Positions 27,400-32,324 of a DNA stretch of 32,324 nucleotides are shown piece by piece; the stretch's first letter is position 1, and each line of letters starts with the position of its first letter. Below the pieces are notes generated by a model. It searched no databases, was not told the origin of the DNA, and was given only the letters and a program-made list of their open reading frames with translations. The translations under genes and the position numbers were made by a program. The stretch covers positions 1 to 32,324 of the forward strand of contig JAJRPZ010000098.1 of the NCBI GenBank assembly GCA_024280495.1, written 5' to 3'. This DNA is from Alphaproteobacteria bacterium (GTDB taxonomy: Bacteria; Pseudomonadota; Alphaproteobacteria; Caedimonadales; UBA9215).

Positions 27400-29598
27400 T
27401 TATTTAGCAGATCTGACCTGTGATTTATTAAGCATTTCTATGATTTTAGCCTTTGGCCCATCGGCAACAAGGCGCCCTCCATCCATGACCACGAGGCGAT
27501 CAACAAGACTTAATAAGGGGACACGGTGAGTAATAAGAATAAAAGTTTTATCTTTGAGGTACTCACCTAATCTTATGGCAAGACGGGCCTCAGATGCATT
27601 ATCCATCATGGCAGTTGGTTCATCCATGATGAAAATAGAGGGATCGCGCACAAGAGCTCTTGCGATAGCAATGGTTTGACGCTGACCACCAGAAAGCATA
27701 CTTCCGCCTTCACCAACGGGCATGTCAAAACCTTGAGGATGATGGCGAACAAAATTTAAAACACCTGAAATTTCTGCGGCACGCATAAAGCTCTCTTCAT
27801 CAATATCACTACTACCAAAAGTGATATTTTCACGAACGGAACCAAAAAAAAGATAAATATCTTGCGGTGCATAACCAATATTATGACGTAAATCAGCTGG
27901 GTCAATTTGACGAATATCTGTACCGTCGATAATGATGGATCCTTTTTGAGGTGTATAAAGGCTTAAGGTAAGTTTTTCAATGGTGGATTTACCAGATCCA
28001 ATGCGCCCTAAAAAGGCAAGTTTTTCTCCTGCTTTAATCTTTAGGGAGAAATCGCGTAAAGCTAAATTTTCTTGCCCAGGATAAGAAAAATCAATGCCGT
28101 GGTATTCAATATCCCCTTTTAAGTTTGGACGATGTAAAAAAGTTTTACCTTCAGGGCGCTCACTTGGTAAATGAATAATATCATCAAGGGCTTTAAGTGC
28201 CACCATAGAGTGGTTAAATCGTGTCAAAAGAGAAACCATCTGGGCAAGGGGCGCAAGGGCACGCGCCGATAAAATAGAACTGGCAATCAGTGCTCCCATG
28301 GTTATTTCTCCCTCTGCAATAAGATAAACACCAACGATAACCACAAAGATATAGGATAGCTGTTGCACAAGGGCAGAGTAGTTCATGGCAAGGGCAGCAA
28401 AAAACTTTAATGCCTTGGAGGATTGTGAAGATTCGCTAACAAAACGCTCCCAATTGCGTTGCATTCGCCCTTCCGCGCCAAAGGCTTTAATGGTTTCAAG
28501 GCCATTTATAGCTTCTACCAAAAGAGCATGTTTTTGGGCTCCTTCTCTAAAGGTTCGACGTACCCAATTGGTTAATGGCGTATGAATAAGAACAGCACCG
28601 ATAATAATAAGGGGGATAGCGACAAGAGGGACATAAACAACAGGACCAGCAATCCAATATACTATCAAAAGAAACATAAAGATAAAGGGGAGGTCAACCA
28701 TGGCAATAAGGGTCGCCGATGAGAAAAATTCTCGTAATGTTTCAAACTCACGCACTTCATTTGCAAAACCACCAGAAGAGGCAGGTCTTGATGAAAGTTG
28801 CATACGCATAATGGTCTCAAATATCCGAGACCCAAGTAAAACGTCCGCTTTTTGTCCAGCAGAGTCCACAAAATAAACACGTAAGCCCTTGAGAATAAAG
28901 TCAAAAATGAAGACGAGAATAATACCAATGGCCAAAACCCAGAGGGTTTCAATGGCGCTATTTGGCACGACGCGGTCATAAACATTCATAGTGAATAGAG
29001 GGCTGGCCGCGGCAAATAAATTAATAAGAATGGCTGCTAGGCCAACCTGAATATATAAGCGCCATGATTTTTTAATGGTTCCCCAAAACCAAGCTCGGGG
29101 TTTATCAACCTCCAAATCAAGGGATCTTTGATCATATTTATATATTTTTTTTACAAAAATACATACCCCTGCATAAAGCTCCTTTAAATCTTCCCCCGTA
29201 AGGGAAACTGACCCGCGCCCCATTTCTGGGAAAATGATTTCATATGTGTTTTTCTCGTGATCAAGACTGACTAAAAGACAAGATTTATCGCCTTTTAGTA
29301 TCAAGATACATGGTAATGTATAGGGGGAAATAGCCTCTATTTTTTTTTGCACCAATCGTGCTGCTAAATTCGCTCGTGACGCGGCACGGGGAAATAAATT
29401 AGGGGTAAGAAGACCTTTTTCCAAGGGAAGCCCTGCCTTAAGAGCACTTGAAGACGTTGGCTGTCCTAAAATATGTGTTAGGGTTTCAAGACAAGCTAAC
29501 AGAGGATCGTCATTATTGGCTATTCCAAGATCCCACTCATTATGGATCGTCGTTTTAGTTGTGGTTATTTTCTTTTTTAATGTCTTCGTTTTTGACAT
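27400..29598 (-). CDS. Type I secretion permease/ATPase with N-terminal C39-like domain (LapB/LssB-like)
   Basis: DPLLACL...AGLPL N-domain, LFTMNVYDRVVPN, Walker A GRIGSGKST, LSGGQRQ, Walker B IMDEPT, H-loop ITHR. Confidence 0.96.
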   Translation of the reverse strand: MSKTKTLKKKITTTKTTIHNEWDLGIANNDDPLLACLETLTHILGQPTSSSALKAGLPLEKGLLTPNLFPRAASRANLAARLVQKKIEAISPYTLPCILILKGDKSCLLVSLDHEKNTYEIIFPEMGRGSVSLTGEDLKELYAGVCIFVKKIYKYDQRSLDLEVDKPRAWFWGTIKKSWRLYIQVGLAAILINLFAAASPLFTMNVYDRVVPNSAIETLWVLAIGIILVFIFDFILKGLRVYFVDSAGQKADVLLGSRIFETIMRMQLSSRPASSGGFANEVREFETLREFFSSATLIAMVDLPFIFMFLLIVYWIAGPVVYVPLVAIPLIIIGAVLIHTPLTNWVRRTFREGAQKHALLVEAINGLETIKAFGAEGRMQRNWERFVSESSQSSKALKFFAALAMNYSALVQQLSYIFVVIVGVYLIAEGEITMGALIASSILSARALAPLAQMVSLLTRFNHSMVALKALDDIIHLPSERPEGKTFLHRPNLKGDIEYHGIDFSYPGQENLALRDFSLKIKAGEKLAFLGRIGSGKSTIEKLTLSLYTPQKGSIIIDGTDIRQIDPADLRHNIGYAPQDIYLFFGSVRENITFGSSDIDEESFMRAAEISGVLNFVRHHPQGFDMPVGEGGSMLSGGQRQTIAIARALVRDPSIFIMDEPTAMMDNASEARLAIRLGEYLKDKTFILITHRVPLLSLVDRLVVMDGGRLVADGPKAKIIEMLNKSQVRSAK

Positions 29599-29610
29599 GA
29601 CCTACCCTTT

Positions 29611-29632
29611 TGTGCGACGTGTGTGCGACGTG
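29611..29632. repeat. Tandem 11-bp direct repeat in the divergent T1SS promoter region
   Basis: TGTGCGACGTG at 29611-29621 and 29622-29632, both perfect. Confidence 0.75.
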
Positions 29633-29729
29633 AACGCAGTAATAAAATATAGCATACAATGGAAATGGTTCAATTTTAATGAATTTGTTGCTATTATAAT
29701 TGAAATAGAGAAGAAAAACAAAACAGGGA

Positions 29730-31172
29730 ATGAATATTATTATGTTTAAAATAGACTTTAATGCAAATATACGATCATATAAAGCATTGGTTTTTATAGC
29801 ATTACCTCTTTTAGTAACAGACGTTATTTCAGTGGAAAAGAAAATGACTTTTTCGGAAATAACTAAGGTCTTTCAAAAAGAAAAATCAGTGAACAACATA
29901 GGAAATGCCATTCAAAAAGCCTTAACCACTCACCCAGAAATTCTTTTTCAAAAAGTAGAGCGCGATGCTTCTCGTCATAGAATCACACAATCCGTTGGTA
30001 ATTTTTTACCAAACCTGAATCTCAGAAGCGGCGTTGGTAAAGAATATGTACGACAAAGCTTTGTTGGCGCTAATGCTGGGTCGGTAGGTCGGTTATCATT
30101 ACCAGTGCGGGCAAGTTCAAATCAATTTCGTAGTGACCATTCCATTCGATTAACACAAAAACTATTTGATGGTTTCAACACTCCTTATGACATTAAAAAG
30201 TCAAAACAAGAATTTTTTCGAAGTTCAAAAAATGTAGAAGAAGCTCAAATTCTTATCGCATTTGATGTTTTTGATCGTTACATCTCTGTTCGTCGATTTG
30301 AGCGTTTATTACGTCTTGCGAATCAAAATGTGCATGTACATCAATCCATCTTAAAAAAAATAATCAAACTAGTTAAAGGTGGAGAAGCCACAACTGCCGA
30401 TGAGCAATCTGTTCGGGCGCGTTTATTTGATGCTAAAGCTGCCGTTGGGGATATTCAAGGTGATTTACAAACGGCCTATGCGAATTTCAAGGAAACAACA
30501 GGGGTTGAAGCAAGAAAACTTCAAGCCCCCACATTCAACGAAAAATTAATTCCAGAAACGGTTATGGAAGCCCTTAAAATAGCACAAAAACAAAATCGTT
30601 CCGTTGTGGTTGCGAGGTCATCTCAAAAAGTGACTCAGTCAGAATTTAATAAATCTGCGTCACCCTTTATGCCCTCCATTGATCTCGAAATTGAAGCCAA
30701 AAAAAGTTTCAATGTAGGGGGCAAACGCGGTTATGAAACAAACGTAAGTGGGCAATTGGTTACAACTTTCAATATTTCCAATGGGGGTAAAGACATTGGT
30801 CGCCGTCGTGAATTACGTTCGAAAATGGCTGCGGCTAAATATCGCACCCAATTAGAGGTGCGGCGCGCTGAAAAAGAAACACGTGTCTCTTATACAGAAA
30901 TGATGAGCGCACATCAGCAATCTAAATTCTTACGTAAGGCAGTGAATTCTAAACAGTCCGTGCGTAATATTTATATGAAACAATTCCAAGCTGGCTCCAG
31001 AAGCTTCATTGATATCTTGGATGCAAGTCATGACTATTTCTTGGCCAAGGGATCTTTGATCACGGTTGATGCCCTAGGTGATCTGGCTTCAGCCCGTGTC
31101 TTGGCTTCCATGGGAACTTTACTTCTCATGTTCGAAACCATTAATCAGCCACAGGATAATTTTCAAGGATAG
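29730..31172 (+). CDS. TolC-family outer membrane protein (T1SS, LapE/AggA-like)
   Basis: AIQKALTTHPEI, FLPNLNL, LTQKLFDGF, FMPSIDLE, QFQAGSRSFIDILDA; divergent from the ABC/MFP genes. The exact start is uncertain. Confidence 0.92.
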   Translation: MNIIMFKIDFNANIRSYKALVFIALPLLVTDVISVEKKMTFSEITKVFQKEKSVNNIGNAIQKALTTHPEILFQKVERDASRHRITQSVGNFLPNLNLRSGVGKEYVRQSFVGANAGSVGRLSLPVRASSNQFRSDHSIRLTQKLFDGFNTPYDIKKSKQEFFRSSKNVEEAQILIAFDVFDRYISVRRFERLLRLANQNVHVHQSILKKIIKLVKGGEATTADEQSVRARLFDAKAAVGDIQGDLQTAYANFKETTGVEARKLQAPTFNEKLIPETVMEALKIAQKQNRSVVVARSSQKVTQSEFNKSASPFMPSIDLEIEAKKSFNVGGKRGYETNVSGQLVTTFNISNGGKDIGRRRELRSKMAAAKYRTQLEVRRAEKETRVSYTEMMSAHQQSKFLRKAVNSKQSVRNIYMKQFQAGSRSFIDILDASHDYFLAKGSLITVDALGDLASARVLASMGTLLLMFETINQPQDNFQG

Positions 31173-32324
31173 CAAGAGCCTCTTGATACTCTCTTTTGGA
31201 TAAAAACGTAAATATTTTATCACTGGTCTCTTTGTCCTCAGGCCATTGATAAGATGTTTTTTGTTTTGCTGATGTGAAAATAGGTTTTTGAGATAGTGGT
31301 AATCCATGGGAATAAGCATGAACTAAAGCATCAAATGTTATAATTTTCATATCAAAATTTTGATCCATATCAAAACTGATATTACCCATGATAGAAGAGA
31401 TAACATGTCCTATAATATAAGAACCATAAGACGGCGTGACAACGGAAATATCATTAGAGTAAACCTTATGCTTTCCTGGATTTTGGAAAAATAAATTAGA
31501 ATTTTCTGCAATAAAAGGGAGGTGAATAGCCCTGTAGGTTGTTTTTTCCACATGGCCAATGGAACTAAAGGACCGTAACATAGGATTCATAATATGGGAA
31601 AGTTTTGTTCCATAATGTAAATGAGGTTCTTCTTGGGTGATGAAATAATAATGAGATACGTTGGCAGCCTCACTAGCTTGGGCAAGTTTTTTATTCTCAG
31701 TAATATAAACATCAAAAGAAAAATTAGGATTCAAAGGTTCGAAAATAGCTGCCTCGAAAGCACGTAAATTAAGCACAATGTCAACGGATGATTTATTAAG
31801 TAAGGGCACCAAATTTTCATCCAACAGTGGTGGTGACTCGAAAGTCATTTTTACAAGAGGCTTTGCCCCGTGAACCAAAGGAATCGCAAGGCGATTTAAT
31901 GTTTTTTCAAGGGCAACAAGAGCAGAAACATTCTGATCCCACATCAGTAAATGTGCGGCCCCACTTTTAACAATATCCGCACATAGAGCTCGACCAATAG
32001 ACGTTGTGGCCCCTTGAATAAGAATAGTTTTGCCCACAAGAGAGCCTAAAGGGTGGGATGGGATGTCACGGTGAAAATAATCTTCAACACCAAGAGTTGA
32101 AACCTTCAAAGACACATGGGGTACTATTTTTGCAAAAGACACATTGTATTTTTCTAGCGCCGTCACAAGAGAGCTAGCTTTTGAACCAAGGTAAGAGTCT
32201 TCAAGAATCAATATTTGATGGGGGTGAAGACCATCAGCATTGAAATTATCAATCAAATCAGGTAAGTCTTCTGGAGTTCCTAAAACCTCATATCCTTCAA
32301 GAAATTCAGGTCTCGAATTAAGGG
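31141..32324 (-). CDS. Divergent CapD/PglF/WbpM-like polysaccharide biosynthesis protein, 5' partial
   Basis: The frame stays open to the window edge (…FLEGYEVLGTPEDLPDLID…). VEDYFHR and GKTILIQGATTSIGRALC align to the CapD pattern IEDLLGR…GK.VLVTGAGGSIGSELC; downstream catalytic motifs are degenerate. Confidence 0.7.
   Translation of the reverse strand, partial: LNSRPEFLEGYEVLGTPEDLPDLIDNFNADGLHPHQILILEDSYLGSKASSLVTALEKYNVSFAKIVPHVSLKVSTLGVEDYFHRDIPSHPLGSLVGKTILIQGATTSIGRALCADIVKSGAAHLLMWDQNVSALVALEKTLNRLAIPLVHGAKPLVKMTFESPPLLDENLVPLLNKSSVDIVLNLRAFEAAIFEPLNPNFSFDVYITENKKLAQASEAANVSHYYFITQEEPHLHYGTKLSHIMNPMLRSFSSIGHVEKTTYRAIHLPFIAENSNLFFQNPGKHKVYSNDISVVTPSYGSYIIGHVISSIMGNISFDMDQNFDMKIITFDALVHAYSHGLPLSQKPIFTSAKQKTSYQWPEDKETSDKIFTFLSKREYQEALAILENYPVAD

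Overview
A mostly housekeeping window from a low-GC alphaproteobacterium. A Holosporales/Rickettsiales-like host-associated lifestyle is inferred from gene content, AT-richness and repeat type, not proven. Genes: DegP/Do protease (5' partial), comM, split transhydrogenase pntAA-pntAB-pntB, a small beta-barrel OMP, glmU-glmS-greA, mdh-sucC-sucD, a porin, rimP-nusA-infB-(secreted hypothetical)-def-fmt-truA, NDUFA12-mlaD-DUF2155, a LapB/LapC/LapE-like type I secretion system, and a degenerate CapD/PglF-like ORF running off the right edge. The notable signal is intergenic. A ~105-bp palindromic (RPE/ERIC/MITE-like) repeat family has three clear copies: one is intact with 22-bp perfect TIRs and a stop-free 35-codon frame, one supplies the last 19 codons and the stop of the DUF2155 gene, and one is split at its central TATA by a second, different TIR-bounded element. 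Also present are an internally deleted ISKra4-like element with perfect 25-bp TIRs, a hairpin covering the OMP Shine-Dalgarno, a rimP-leader attenuator, two 11-bp-period direct repeats, and a dead signal-peptide gene remnant. No rRNA, tRNA or CRISPR array was seen. No wholly new multi-gene system can be supported from this window alone; the repeat family and its nesting/exaptation are the best candidate for something undescribed.
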